DNA from: the human T2T-CHM13v2.0 reference genome, Homo sapiens | Strand: one strand, 5' to 3' | Assembly: GCF_009914755.1 (NCBI RefSeq) | Contig: NC_060925.1 | DNA: 64,000 nucleotides | Shown: positions 12,712 through 25,812 of the stretch, piece after piece | Position numbering within the stretch: the first letter of the stretch is position 1 | How the letters are laid out: every line of letters starts with the position of its first letter | The notes under the pieces: model-generated | What the model was told of the DNA's origin: nothing | The model's database searches: none | Seen by the model: only the letters and a program-made list of their open reading frames with translations | Program-made: the position numbers and the translations under genes

Positions 12712-12993
12712 TGGCCCATGACTTTAATCCCAGCACTTTGGGAAGTCAAGGCAGGAGGATTGCTTGAGCCTAGGAGCTGTAGACCAGCCTGGGCAACAGA
12801 GAAAAACCCCTTCTCTACGAAAAGTACAAAAATTAGCTGGGCATTGTGGCGTGCACCTGTGGTCTCAGCTACTTGGCAGGCTGAGGTGGGAGGATTGCTT
12901 GAGCCAGGGAGGTCAAGGCTACAGTGAGTCTTTATTGCACCACTGAACTAAAGCCTGGGTGACAGAGTGAGACCACATCTCAAAAAAAAAAAA
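12712..12993 (+). mobile_element. AluJ-like
   Basis: Dimeric Alu with J-type diagnostics and A tail. Confidence 0.88.
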
Positions 12994-13071
12994 GGGTTCA
13001 TATGAACATTTTAAAGATATTAATTTAAAAAATTTTTTCTATCTTCTAAATGGTTATTTACCTGTTAGGTG

Positions 13072-13669
13072 CTGTTATCTTATGGCTAACACAAGCCATA
13101 ATTGTCACCCTCTTGTGCCAAATGCCTGTGGATATGTTATGATATATGGAAACACAATTTTGAAGATGGAATTAAGGTTCTAATAAGTTGATTTTAAAAT
13201 AGAGGGATTATTCTGGATTAGTATGTGGGCCTTTACAAATAGAAGAAGGAAGAAGAGTCAGTCAGTGAAGACTTGGCAGAGAAGACATGTCAGAATAGAT
13301 GACAGAAGAGATGAATTATGGAAGGACTTGAATCATGATGGCTGACTTTGAAGATAAAAGGGCCATAAGATAAGGAAAGCAGACAATCTCTAAAGGTAAA
13401 AAATGATTCAGACCTTTAGCCAGCAAGAAAACAGGGATTTTAATTCTATAGCTGCATGGAATAGAATTCAGCCAACAATATGCATGAACCTGAAAGTGGA
13501 TTCTTCCCTAGAACCTTCAGTAAGAAGCACAGGCCTACAGACCCTTGATTTTAGCTCAGGAGCCTATGTTGAACTTTTGATCTAAAGAACTCTGAGATAA
13601 TAAATTTGTATTGTTTAGAACTACTAAGTCTGTCATACTATGTTATTGTGTCGATAGAAAATGAATGCA
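13072..13669 (+). mobile_element. MaLR LTR (MLT1E-like)
   Basis: gatggaattaaggt...gattattctggatta...gattcttccctagaacc...taataaatttgtattgttt...atagaaaatgaatgca. Confidence 0.75.
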
Positions 13670-14761
13670 ATTGCCAACTTCATGTCAGGTATTTTACTTG
13701 AACTTCTGCAATTATCTTTAGGAGGGTTTATATAAAAATAAGCTTACAATTTTGAAGGTACTTTTAAAATGCAGAGAATATAAGGAGGACTCAAAGATAA
13801 ATTAATTTACATAGTTATTTTTTGGTTGTAGTGAGAGATAAGAACTGCTGAGGACGCCAGACAGATACAGAGAAATTGTACAAGAACAGGAGATCAAATA
13901 TATGTAAAAATTCTGTAGAAATGGAAACATTTAGAGAATTACCAAAAAACAGTATAGCGTATCATTAATTTATTAGTTATCATGCAATTAGGCAACCCTA
14001 ATACTATACAAACACTCTAGAATTTTCCATTTCATGAACAAGCATTTATCAATGGTGTCTAATTTGATCCTCACAACAAATTAAGTAGATATTGTCATTG
14101 TAATACAGCTATAAAAATACTACCAGAACTTGAATTCAGGTTTTATATATCAAAACATACATTTTAATAAATACAATGGCATTGTTCCTATTCTATTGCC
14201 ACTGCTCCTAAGAAATTTCTGGACTGGGGAATGACCTATTAGGAACCAAGCTGCACAGCAGATGAGCAGCAGGCAAGCAAGTGATGCTTTATCTGTATTT
14301 ACAGCTGCTCCCCATTGCTCTCATCACTGCCTGAGCTCTGTCTCCTGTCAGATCATTGGTGACATTAAATCCTCATAGGAGCATGAGCCTTATTGTGAAC
14401 TGCACACATGAGGGATCTAGGTTGCATGCTCCTTATGAGAATCTAATGCCCAATGATCTGAGGTGGAGCTTAGGCAGTGATGCTGGTACGGGGGAGTGGC
14501 TGCAAATACAGATTAACATTAGCAGAGAGGATTGACTACACAGAGACCATAATAAATCAATTGATTGCTGACTCACATCAAAACCCTATCAGTGAGTGGC
14601 AAGAGACAATTAGTTGCATAGTGGCAGGCTTTAAGTCAGAATCCAGCACTTATTATAGTCTGCCCATTATTTTATTTACCACTTCAATCCACACCTCTTT
14701 CCTGAACTGTGCACTTATTCAGTCATAGTTTTGGTAGGCCCACAAGCTAACCCTAGCCAAA

Positions 14762-16970
14762 ATGAGTAAAAAGCAAACATCACTGGAGAGCTTCTTTGAA
14801 AAGGGGGAAAGACCAAATGATGAGACAGCAGAAGACTTGAAGACTGCCAACAAAAAGAAAGTTGCATTTAAAAGAAAATACCAAGAGTCCTACTTAAATT
14901 ATGGGTTCATTGCAACAGGTGATTCACATTCTCCAAGCCTGCTCTATTTGTTCATTTTCACACTGCTATAGACTGAATAATTTATAAACAAGGGAGGTTT
15001 AATTGACTCATAGGTCTGCATGGCCGGGGAGGCCTCAGGAAACTTACAGTCATGGTGGAAGGTGAAGGGGAGGCAGGCACCTTCTTCACAAAGACGCAGG
15101 AGAGAGAGGGAGACTGCACAAGAAAGCGCCACACTTTAAAACCACCAATTCTCATGAGAACTCACTCACTATCATAAGAACAACATGGAGGAAACCACCC
15201 TCATGAACCAATCACCTCCTCTGAGGTCCCTCCCTTGACAAATGGGGATTACAATTCGAGACAAGATTTCGGTGGGGACACAGAGCCAAACCGTATCACT
15301 TGCTTTGTATAATACTTGGCAACCGCCTATTCCATGACACCATGAAACCTTCAAAATGGCTTTGCCACATGGAGACCAAACACCCTGCCTTAAAAGACAG
15401 GTCTTTGGAGTTTTTCAAAAGAAACAAATATCAACACAAAGAACAGAAGCAATTATTGAAGGCCACCACTTCATCAAATGTATTTGCACTGAGAGCATCA
15501 TTCCTAGTGGCTAACTGCACTGCTAAAGCTAAGAAGCCCTTTTCTATAGGTGAAGAGTTGACCCTGACTGCTGCTAAGGACATTTGTCATAAACTTTTAG
15601 GAGAGACAGCAATTAAAAAGGCAGCACGTGTTCATCTTTCAGCTAGCACCATAACCAAATGAACTGATAAAATAGCAGAGGATATTGAGGCACAATTGTT
15701 AGAGAAAATTGAGTCATTGTGGTACGCAATCCATATTGACAAGTCTACCAATGTCGACAACAAGGCAACAATGCTTGTTTCTGTCTGATATATTTTTCAG
15801 GAGGATGTTCCTGAGGATATATTACGTGCATTCTTGTTGCCAACCAACACCACAGCTGCAGAACTATTGAGTCTTTGAATGATTACGTATCAGGAAAACG
15901 AAACTGGTCATTTTATGCCAGTATTTGCATGAAGTGAGCGGCTGCCATGACTGGATTGCTTTCTGGTTTCACTACTCAGGTCAAAGACATCGCTTCTGGA
16001 TGTGAGTCTATGCACTGTGTCATTCGTAGTGAAATGCTGGCTAGCCAACAAATGTCACCTGAACTTAGCAACGTTTTGCAGAATGTGATTAAAAGTATTA
16101 ACACATTAAAGTACATTCCTTTAACTCATATCTGTTTGTGCAGCTGTGTGAGGAGATGGATGCAGGGCACACATGTCGTCTCTTATACACGGAAGTGAGA
16201 CAGCTTTCTAAAAGTAGATAACTAGCCAGAGTTTTCAAGTTAGGAGAGCCACTCCAGAGATTTCTTTTAGATAAACAGTCATCACTGGCAGCACATTTCA
16301 GTCACACAGAATGGGTCGCAAAACTTGTTTATTTGTGTGACATGTTCAACATGCTCAAGAAATTCAAACTGTCAGTTCAGAGAAGAATGACAACTGTGTT
16401 TAAGTCAGCAGATAAAGTGGCTGCCTTCAAAGCCAAACTGGAATTATGTGGGAAATGAGTGAACATTGGGATTTTCGATGTGTTTCAAACATTAGCAGAG
16501 ATTTTGAAAGAGACTAAGCCAGAGCCTTTTTTCTCCCAGATGGTGCATGATCACCCATCTTAACTTTCAAAAGAATTTGAGCATTACTTCCAAACCACAA
16601 AAGACCTCCGAACTGGGAAGGAGTGGATACCTGACCCATTTGTTAATAAGCCAGGTGAATCAACTTTGTCCATGCTGAAAGAGGATCAACTGCCTGAGAT
16701 GGCAAATGACAGTAGCATTGAAAGTATGTTTGAGATAACTTCTAATGTCCATACATTCTGGATTAGAGTCAAGGTGCAATATCCTGAGATTGCCACAAAA
16801 GCACTCAAAAGCCTACTTCCATTTCCAACATCCTATCTTTGTGAAGCAGGGTTTTCTGCAGTGACAGCAACCAAAACAAGATTATAGAGTAGACTGGACA
16901 TAAGCAATACACTTCAGATGTCACTGTTTCCCTTCTAGTTGCAGAAAAACAAGCTCAGGGCTCCCACTGA
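14762..16970 (+). pseudogene. Disrupted Buster/Charlie-type hAT transposase (BED finger, DDE core, hATC dimerisation domain)
   Basis: Fragments RKYQESYLNYGF, MKPSKWLCHMETKHP, KKPFSIGEEL, HCVIRSEMLAS, YPEIATKALKSLLPFPTSYLCEAGFS; stops, frameshifts and an LTR insertion. Confidence 0.9.
14943..15298 (-). mobile_element. THE1D-like MaLR solo LTR inserted in the transposase
   Basis: Minus strand begins tgatacggtttggctctgtgtcccc; TSD cctgc/cttgc. Confidence 0.88.
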
Positions 16971-17229
16971 TTGTATATTATGGTGAGTTATATAATTATT
17001 TCACTATATATTACAATGTAATAACAATAGAAATAAAGTACACAATAACTGTAATGCACTTGATTCCATCACCTGCAACCTGTTTCGTGGAGAAATTGTC
17101 TTCCACCAAACAAGTCCCTTGTGCCAAAAAGTTTGGGGACCACTGTATTTTTGGTTACACAATTGCCAGGGAAATCATTTCACTAGACCCAGATATGAAT
17201 AACCTTGGTATCAAAGGCCTCAATTTTAT

Positions 17230-17546
17230 TATTTTTTGTTTTATTGTTTGTTTGTTTTCTGGAGACAGGGTCTCTCTCTTTCCTCCAGGCTGGAGTTCAG
17301 TGGTGCGATCCTGGCTCACTGCAGCTTCAGTCTCTCGGGCTTATTGTCCTCCCACCTCAGCTTCCAAGTAGCTGGGGCTACAGGCATGCACCACCATGCC
17401 CAGCTAATTGTTTTGCATTTTTTTGTAGAGATGGGTTTCACCATGTTGCCCAGACTGGCCTCAAACTCCTGAACTCAAGCCATCTGCCTGCCTCGGCCTC
17501 CCAAAGGGCTGGGGTTACTGGTGTGGGTGACCGACCGTACCCAACC
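17230..17546 (-). mobile_element. AluJ-like
   Basis: Reverse dimeric Alu; TSD aaaggcctcaattttat / aaaggactcagttttat. Confidence 0.9.
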
Positions 17547-17652
17547 AAAGGACTCAGTTTTATACAGGAAAGTTTAAAAAGTTTAAAATATTTTAGAAAG
17601 TAAAGAGAAGCATATCCAATTTTAGTGTAGTCTCAATCACAAGTATGTTTAC

Positions 17653-17737
17653 CCTTTTCTCAAGCCACTTAAGCCTTGCTTGGTGTAAGTTATTTTGCTG
17701 TGAGATTTATTGAGTGCTCAGATCCAAAGCAACTCAG
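17653..17737 (-). pseudogene. Candidate decayed exon, phase 1 to 2 (ELLWI*ALNKSHSKITYTKQGLSGLRK)
   Basis: cattttag acceptor and GG|gtaaac donor; single TGA (possible CGA decay). Confidence 0.4.
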
Positions 17738-17864
17738 CTAAAATGTAACTACTTCATTAAAAATGAATATAGATCAATTGTCTTTTTGTCAGCTGGAACC
17801 TCTTCTGGTCACTTCTAAATCTTTACTGGATGCTTATGCAAACTTTGTTTATATATTTTCTTAC

Positions 17865-17925
17865 TCTCCGTCAGTTGGTAAAGATCAAGTTTTTCTCACA
17901 TGCCACCTTTAGTCAGATAGATACT
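17865..17925 (-). pseudogene. Candidate decayed exon, phase 0 to 1 (SIYLTKGGM*EKLDLYQLTE)
   Basis: Donor GA|gtaaga; weak acceptor ttttatatgaag; single TGA. Confidence 0.4.
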
Positions 17926-18107
17926 CTTCATATAAAATCAAGAAATATATGATTTGAACTAATGACTTAAGAAACTAGAACAAACTGCTCTTAATTTAGG
18001 GTAAGCTATCTCTTATTTTAGGGTAAGCTACACAGGAGAAAGCAAACACTAAAAATTGCGACTTTCTATGGTCAGTTCTTCATTAGTCTGTTAAAGAGTA
18101 AAAGATG

Positions 18108-18151
18108 ATTCAAAACAGCTAATTATTCAAAACAGCTAATTATTCAAAACA
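18108..18151. repeat. 17-bp tandem repeat (about 2.6 copies)
   Basis: attcaaaacagctaatt repeated; a separate 22-bp tandem duplication lies at 17988-18030. Confidence 0.85.
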
Positions 18152-18180
18152 TCATGCCTATTTGGATTTGGTATTTCTTT

Positions 18181-18185
18181 GTGTG

Positions 18186-18226
<41 letters not shown>
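18181..18226. repeat. (TG)n microsatellite
   Basis: Direct inspection. Confidence 0.95.
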
Positions 18227-18228
<2 letters not shown>

Positions 18229-18859
18229 ACATTGGAAAATAATGATAGAAATCTAGTTCAAGATGGAAGACTGAACATATGCATTTATAGTTTTTCCCTC
18301 TAGTTATACTCCCAAATGTATAGGATATGAATTTTTTAAAGAATGTTGCATACAGAAAAGGAAGCAGAAATATCAAAGACATTGAGGTCTCAATAAATCT
18401 GTGCATGATTAGTTATATAAAGGAGTTCTAACAGTGGAAAACAGGAGAAAAAGCACAGCCTAGAAGAGTAGAAACCAGAAACAGTCTCCGGTTGGCCAAG
18501 GGAGTTCTTCTGCCTGTTGGAACGCCAACGGTGGTAAAGAAAGGGATTAATTAAAGATCTGCATAGAGAACATGAAACTTTCTATTTCTCTCATGTATCC
18601 CTGGCCCACTGAGCAAAGGAGCCAGATTATTACCCTCAGGACAAAAACAAACAAAAAAAGAAGTTCTCTTAAACATTGAAATGCATCTTGGGAGAAAGAG
18701 TGAAGTTAATGTGAGCGTTAGCAGAAGAATTAAAGCCTCCTTAGTTTAGCCCTTCACACCCCTCCATTCCTCCCACCACAAACAACACAAGAACTCAGCT
18801 CCCCACACGCTCACTGTAGGGGCTGACACTCATGCATGAAACTCCTCGTTTTCCTATTT

Positions 18860-20945
18860 CCTTATTATTTTTCAAAATAACTTTGTTTTTGGAATATTTG
18901 ATATATATATAAAATAATAAACATAATGAAGGTAAATAAGGTACAACAAATAATAAGACAAGCTAAATAGACACAGTTACATAGAATATGATGGTCTGTG
19001 CTTTTTGCCACTTCCTACACCTTTCTACTCCAAGAGTAACCACAGTTCTGAATTACAGCTTGTTACGTTTCTGTTTTTCACAAATTGTTTTGCCATTTTA
19101 ATAGTAAAGCAAATATATCCAGAATTTTCTCTACTTTTATGTCACTGGCATCATACTGCACATATTTGTTATTGTCTTCTTCATTCACAATTATTTTATT
19201 TTTGAGATTCAGTCATACTGATGCAAGGTTCTATAATAACCCCTTTTATTTAATTTATAGTATGTCATTGCATAAATATGTCAGAAGTTATCATTCACTT
19301 ATGATGGAAATTTGTATCACTTGAAGTTTTTGCTATTACATTGTTGCTAGTGAATGATTTGTATATCTCTATTGGGGTATCTGCACAAGTACAAGACATA
19401 AAATTATTGGATCACGTGGAATAAGCATTGGCAATTTTATATCCTATAATGTAAAATGTACTGATACATGCTTCATTCTTGTTTATTCATATGTTAAATT
19501 AATATTACTCGAGAATAAATGATATGCCTGTCACTGTTCTAGGACATTGGAAAAATTAGTGAACAAAACAAACTAAAAAATGTATGCCCTTGTGGAGCTT
19601 TCATTCTATTGATCAACAGCAGTATATAAAAGATTTTATGATTATGGTGTTGCCTGTTTTTATGTTTTGCCAATCTAGTTAGTATAAAATAGAATGCCAT
19701 TTTGTGTTTTTAAACAGAAGAATATATTGTGTTTTAAAATATTTTATAAAATAGCTTTATTCATAAAAAATTTACATGTATTTAATTGCACATATTGAAA
19801 ATGTGCAATTTGATAAGCCTTGACAAAATTATACACCCATGACACCACCACAACAAACAAGATAATGAACATATACAGCACGCTTAACATTTCCTCATGC
19901 ACCCTTGAAATTCCTTTAGGCCACCACTCTCTACCCTCTCTTGATTCCACTATTGATAAGCTTCACTATATGATAATTTGCACATCCTGGTATGTTATAT
20001 AAATGGAATCAGATAATGTGTACCTTTTTTGTCTGTATTTTTTCACTCAGCATGTTTTTGAGATTTATCAACATTGTAGCATGTTTCAATAGTTCATTCC
20101 TTTTTATTGTTGAATAACATTCTAATGTATGGATATAATACTTTATTTATTTACCCATTGATGGACATTTGAGTTGTTACTAGATTTTGTCCATTACCAA
20201 CAAAGCTGCTGTTAACATTTTAGGTGTAAGTCTTTGTATAGACATGTGCTTTTATGTCTGTTAGTAAATAAATAGAAGTAGATAATCTGGATAGGTTATA
20301 CAATATTGCATGTTTATGTTTCCCTTTTAAGAAACTGCCAAATTGTTTTCCAAAATGGTTGTACCATTTTCCATTTCCAACAGTAGAGCACAAAAGTTCA
20401 AATTCCTCCACATTCTCACAAACACTTGGTGTTTGTAGTGTGGTCAGATATTTTAAATTTTAGACTTTCTACTAAATGTATAGTGGTGTCTCGTTGTTTT
20501 AGTTTGTATTTCCCTAATGACTAATTATGTTCAGAATCTCTTTATGTGCTTGTTTGCAACTATATATCTTTAATGAAGTTTCTGAATCTTTTGCCCTTTT
20601 TTTAACTGAGTTGGTTATTATCTTATTATTGAGATTTGAGTATTCTTTGTATTTTCTGAATACATGTTTTTTAAATCAGATATATCCTAGCAAAATTTTC
20701 TTCTGTTATTTAGCTTGTCTTTTTATTTTCTTAACAGTGTCCATAACAGGATGTTTAAAATGTTTTAATAAAATTTAACTTACAAATTTCTTCTTTTAAG
20801 GATCACACTTTTGGTATTTAAAAACCTTTGCCTAACTTAGGTATTTCTCTATATTTTCTTTTAGGGATTTTATCATTTTATGTTTTACATTTACGTTTGT
20901 GAACGACTTGAGTTATTTTTTGAATTAACTGTGTAATATGAATTG
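18860..20945 (-). mobile_element. Old L1 3' fragments (L1MC/L1ME-like), antisense, with an L2 relic at about 19480-19610
   Basis: Reverse L1M 3' motifs (aatggaatcagataatgtgtacc, gatggacatttgagttgtt, aagaaactgccaaattgttttccaaaatggttgtacc). Confidence 0.7.
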
Positions 20946-21641
20946 GAGTTCCTTTCTTCCTTTCTGCTTTGCTCCCTTTCCCTTCCCTTTCCTTCCCTTC
21001 CATTCCCTTCCCTTCCCTTCCTTTCCCTTCCTTTTTCCTTTCCTTTATTTTTCTTTCCCTTTCTGGGTGTATACTTCTGTCAAGACTTATCAAATTGTAC
21101 TTTAAAATATGTGGAATGAAATGCATATAAATTGCTTCTGAATAAAGCTATTTTATAAAATATTTTAAAAACACAATATATACTTCTGTTTAGAAACAGA
21201 AAATGGCATTCTATTTTATACTATCTAGATTGACAAAAAAATAAAACAGGCAACACTATAATCATAAAAGCTTTACAAGGGCATACATTTTTTAGTTTGT
21301 TTTGTTAACTAATTTTTCCAAGGTCCTAGAACACAGACAGACACATTATTTATGCTTGATAAATATTAATTTAACATATGAATAAACAAATTAATGAAGT
21401 ACATATCAGTACACTTTATTTTATAGGATACAAAGTTGACAATGCTTATTCCATATGATCCAGTAATTTTATATGTCTTATACACCAACAGACATGTACA
21501 GAAGCACTCACTAGTAGCATTGTAATAACAAAACTTTAAATGATACAAATGTCTATCATAGGTGAATAATAACTCATGACATATTCATGCAGTGAAATAT
21601 TATCAATCAAATAAAAGGATTTGTTACTGAACCTTGCATTA
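19220..21641. repeat. Inverted duplication: arms 19220-19839 and 21064-21641
   Basis: Colinear reverse-complement similarity across repeat junctions, e.g. agtataaaatagaatgccatttt (19681) vs aaaatggcattctattttatact (21200). Confidence 0.9.
20950..21062. repeat. (CCCTT)n-like pyrimidine-rich simple repeat
   Basis: Direct inspection. Confidence 0.9.
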
Positions 21642-21851
21642 TAGATCACACATTTCTGCTGTGTCCTCACACAGTAAATGGAACAAACAAGCCCTATGGG
21701 GGCTCTTTTATATGGGCACTAATCCGATTTGTGAGGGCTCCACTCTCATAATCTAATTGGCTCCAAAGACCCCACCTCTTAATGCTGTCATATTGGAAAC
21801 TCGGTTTCAACAGATGAATTTTTGATGGACACAAACATTTAGAGCATGGCA
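21642..21851 (-). mobile_element. MLT1A-like MaLR LTR, partial
   Basis: gtgtcctcac...gggcactaatccg...tttcaacagatgaattt...acaaacatttagagcatggca. Confidence 0.75.
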
Positions 21852-21897
21852 GGTAGTTTTTGTCCTTCAAGAAACGTGTTCTTTTGATATAAGTTGT

Positions 21898-22283
21898 TGT
21901 AATAGTCCATTCTTTCATTGCTATAAAGAACTACCTGAGACAGAGTAATTTATAAAGATTAGAAGTTTAATTGGCCCACAGTTCCACAGGCCATACAGGA
22001 AGCATGACTGGGGAGCCCTCAGGAAACTTTCAATCATGGCAGAAGGTAAAAGGAAAGCAGGTACATCTTACAGGGCCAGAGAAGAAGGAAGAAAGAGAGA
22101 AGTGGGAGGTGCTACACACTTTTAAACAACGAGATCTTGTGAGAATTTACTCACTATCACCAGAACAGCAAGGGAAAAGTCCACCCCCATGATCCAATCA
22201 CCTCGCACCTGGTCCCTCCTCCAACATTGAAGATTACAATTAGACATGAGATTTGGGTGGGGACGCAAATCCAAACTATATCA
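21898..22283 (-). mobile_element. MSTA-like MaLR solo LTR
   Basis: tgtaatagtcc...ccaaactatatca termini; TSD gttgt/attgt. Confidence 0.88.
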
Positions 22284-22657
22284 ATTGTTAAGTGTATTGG
22301 CATAGTTTTTCATAATATTCTCTTATTTTATTTCTATAAGAATTGTAGTTTCTCATTTCTAATTGATGATTATGTCTGTCACCTCTCATTTTTCCTGGTC
22401 CAGTTAGATGTGGTAGATTGCCTCTAGTGTGGCCTTGGTGATCTGCACCTCCTGGTACATACACCTTTGTGTAGCTTTCTCCCATTGAGTATGGGCTGGG
22501 CCTAATGACTTCTTTCTAATGAGTAGAATGTAACAAATGTGATGAAATGTCACTTTGAAGATTAGCTTACAAAAAAGCTATGGTCTCTGGCTCTCATCAT
22601 TTCTCATCATTTTTCTCTCTCTTACTTTCTCTCTTTCATCATTTCTCACTCTCTGTC

Positions 22658-22689
<32 letters not shown>

Positions 22690-23417
22690 ACACACTCACT
22701 TTTGATTCTGCTCTATCATACCTCATTCTAGAGGAAGCAATATACCATGTTTGGCCCTATGAAGAGGCCTGCCTGGCAAGGAACTGATGTAACTGACCAA
22801 CAGCCAGTGAGTACCTGCCTGCCAACAGCCATGTTAGTTTTCTTATAAGCACATTCTACACATAAAGTATTGAGAAGATGGCAGTTCCAGCCAACACGTA
22901 GATTGTAACTCTGTGAGAAACTCAGAGCCAGAGGCCTTTTGTTATGCCATACCTGAATTCCTGACTCCAAAAACACTATACGATAATGTATATTTGTTGT
23001 TTCAAGCCACTATATTTTGGAGAAATTTTTATAGATAATTAATATAGATTTTGGTACATGGGGTGACACTCTAACAAATACCTAAATATACCTAAACCCC
23101 ATCTAAGTATGTGGGATGGCTTAGGAATCAGGCAGTGGATGGAGGCTGGAAGAAATTTCAAGTGAGTGTTAGATAAATAATAATTGTTTTGAAAAGACTG
23201 TTAGTAAAAATATGAAGGTTGAGGAAATTTACCAGGACTCAAAAGGCAATAAGGAACATGCTATTGGAAACTGGAGGAAAGGGCATACTTGTTAGGGAGA
23301 GGCAGAAAGCTTAGCAATAATATAATATCTACTTCTGGAAGATAAAATATAGGAAGTGTGCCTAATAAATTGAGTAATATAGCTAAAGAGATTTTCAAGG
23401 AAAGTGTTGAAGATAAG

Positions 23418-23640
23418 TGTTGAGACCACCGTTGGGTTTGCTGTTTTACTAGAAGGACTCAAAGGAATTAGAAAAGGCTGTTACACTCACAGTTACAATT
23501 TATTACAGTGAAAGGATGCAGATTAAAATTTAGCAAAAAGAAAAGACATATGGTAAAGTAAAAGCAAGTTCTAAAAGAAACCATGCATAAATTTCCATGC
23601 ATCCTCACTCCATGGTGTGGTAGGCACATACATAACTATG
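23418..23640 (-). mobile_element. MER21-like LTR fragment nested in the MLT1 internal region
   Basis: tactagaaggactc...gctgttacactcacagttacaatttattacagtgaaaggatgcagattaaaatt motif. Confidence 0.55.
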
Positions 23641-23770
23641 CCTGAGGGCTTAAGAAGGGCACCTTAGTAGTCTTATCTAGCCTAGAATCTTATTTAGATG
23701 ATGAGATTCTGGACTTTGAGCTGATGTTGTAGTGACTTAATGAGATAACATTTGGGGGCCTTATGGAGAA

Positions 23771-24128
<358 letters not shown>

Positions 24129-24464
24129 TAAAAGACAGAGAGAGGACTGTGGTAGACAACCTACAGCATGGCCTCCAGTGATCTTAATTTGCTGATATTC
24201 ACAGCCTTGTGTAATCCCTTTCCCTGATGTATGAGCTGGGATTAGCGACTCAATTCTAGGAAATAGGATATGGTAAAAGTGATGGGGGCATTTCTTTAGA
24301 GACCCAGATCCAAAAAAGACTCTGGCTTCCTTTTTTTCTTCTTTTGGTATCATGTTCTTTCTATCTCTGAACCCTTGCTGGAAGAAACAACAATAAGATA
24401 GATATAATTTAGAAGTCCCAGTTGCTAAGGGAGAACAAACTTAGGACCATCAATTTTGCAATAT

Positions 24465-24712
24465 AAGGGTTCCTCAAACTCAGTACTGTTGACATTTGAA
24501 GGTGATAATTCTTTGTCATCAGGTACCGTTTCATGCATTGTAGGATGTTTAGCAGCATCCTTGGTCTTTATCTCCTGGGTAAAAGTAGTAACCTCCCAGT
24601 CGTGACAACCAAACATGGCTTCAGGTTTAGCCAAATGTCCCCTGGTGGTGTTCCAGCGGTGGGCTGGGGGATGGGGGAGAGATGCAAAATACCCTTGGTT
24701 GAAAATCCGCTG
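24465..24712 (-). mobile_element. MER20 (hAT-Charlie MITE)
   Basis: gcattgtaggatgtttagcagcatcc...ccaaatgtcccctgg...ggttgaaaatccgctg. Confidence 0.85.
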
Positions 24713-25109
24713 ATTTATTTGAAAGCCAGAATAGCCAGATTCATCTTAGGAGTGTTATCTTAAATAAGGAGCACCAAGGGTGAGATTTTCTCTATCATAT
24801 TTTCAGATTATAAAGCAGAAGAAATTAAGGCATTGTGGTATTAACACAGGGATATACACAAACCAATCAATGAAATAAAATGCAGTGCCCATAAACAGAC
24901 CCATACACACAAAGAAACATCATTTGCGGCGAAAGTGGCTTTGAACATCAGTGAAGAAGTAACTCGTGTAAAAAAAAAGTATAATCAGATCCCTATGAAG
25001 TGGCATTCTAAAAAGGTTAATATTAAATAGAAAGTAAAATTTTATCCTTTTCAGAAAGCAACATATTACAGCTTGAATTATTTAGATGAAAATTTTCTCT
25101 GACTTGAAT

Positions 25110-25318
25110 ACAGAAGTCCTCACTTAAAGTCGTTGATAGGTTCTTGGAATACTTGGCTGTAAGGGAAATGAAGTAGAGCAGGTCCTTAAATAACATCATT
25201 TTGCTTAGTGTAGTTTTGTTATAATGTTGATGGAAAAAATTGGCTTTGTTATATGTAGTTTTGCTTAAAGTTACAGTTTGCAAGAACCTATCAATAATGT
25301 TGAGTGAGGACTTATTCT
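25110..25318. mobile_element. Tigger-type MITE (MER6B-like) with long terminal inverted repeats
   Basis: aagtcctcacttaaagtcgttgataggttcttg pairs with caagaacctatcaataatgttgagtgaggactt; TA flank. Confidence 0.75.
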
Positions 25319-25329
25319 ATTAATAAAAA

Positions 25330-25550
25330 TAACTATCACTTGTGAAGCATTGGTCATGTACCAAGTATTTCACATATTCTCTCCAGTCTAGCAATAACTA
25401 CCTGAGGTAGGAATTCTTATCTAAATTTCAAAGTCAGAAAACTGAATTCCAGTGAGGTAAAGTGGCATTCTCATAGTTATCCTCACGGTAAATGATCTAG
25501 CACAGATTTAATTTCACTAATATTTGACTTGGAAGAGTCTACTCTTGACT
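25330..25550 (-). mobile_element. MIR SINE
   Basis: cctgaggtaggaattcttatc...gaaaactgaattccagtgaggtaaagtg core. Confidence 0.65.
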
Positions 25551-25812
25551 ATTTCACATATGGACCAAAATCTCACCAAGCTTAATACTATTTTTTATTT
25601 TTACACCAGAGTATCAATTGTCTAAGCTTTGGGATTAATTCTAACTTCAACAGATATTGTATTAGAAAGTTATTGGTTTGGTTAAAAGCTTGACTAACAA
25701 ATAAATTATTCTTGCCTACTGATATCTACCGTGGTTATTTAGATTACTTTCTTGAGTTCCTTATTCTCTAAAAATCACATTCCTGTTTAAGTCTCTGGCA
25801 TTATTACCTTAC

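Larger units (their letters stand above)
14232..17145 (+). mobile_element. Near full-length hAT-Charlie DNA transposon (Charlie3/MER1 family)
   Basis: MER1-type left arm (ttaggaacc...gcacagca...gagggatctaggttgc) and right terminus gtgccaaaaagtttggggaccactg; internal transposase remnant. Confidence 0.88.

Noticed and set aside
17054-17603. Overlapping ORFs of 78-132 aa
   Set aside because: Read-through of a transposon end and an antisense Alu, giving typical Alu-derived spurious peptides.
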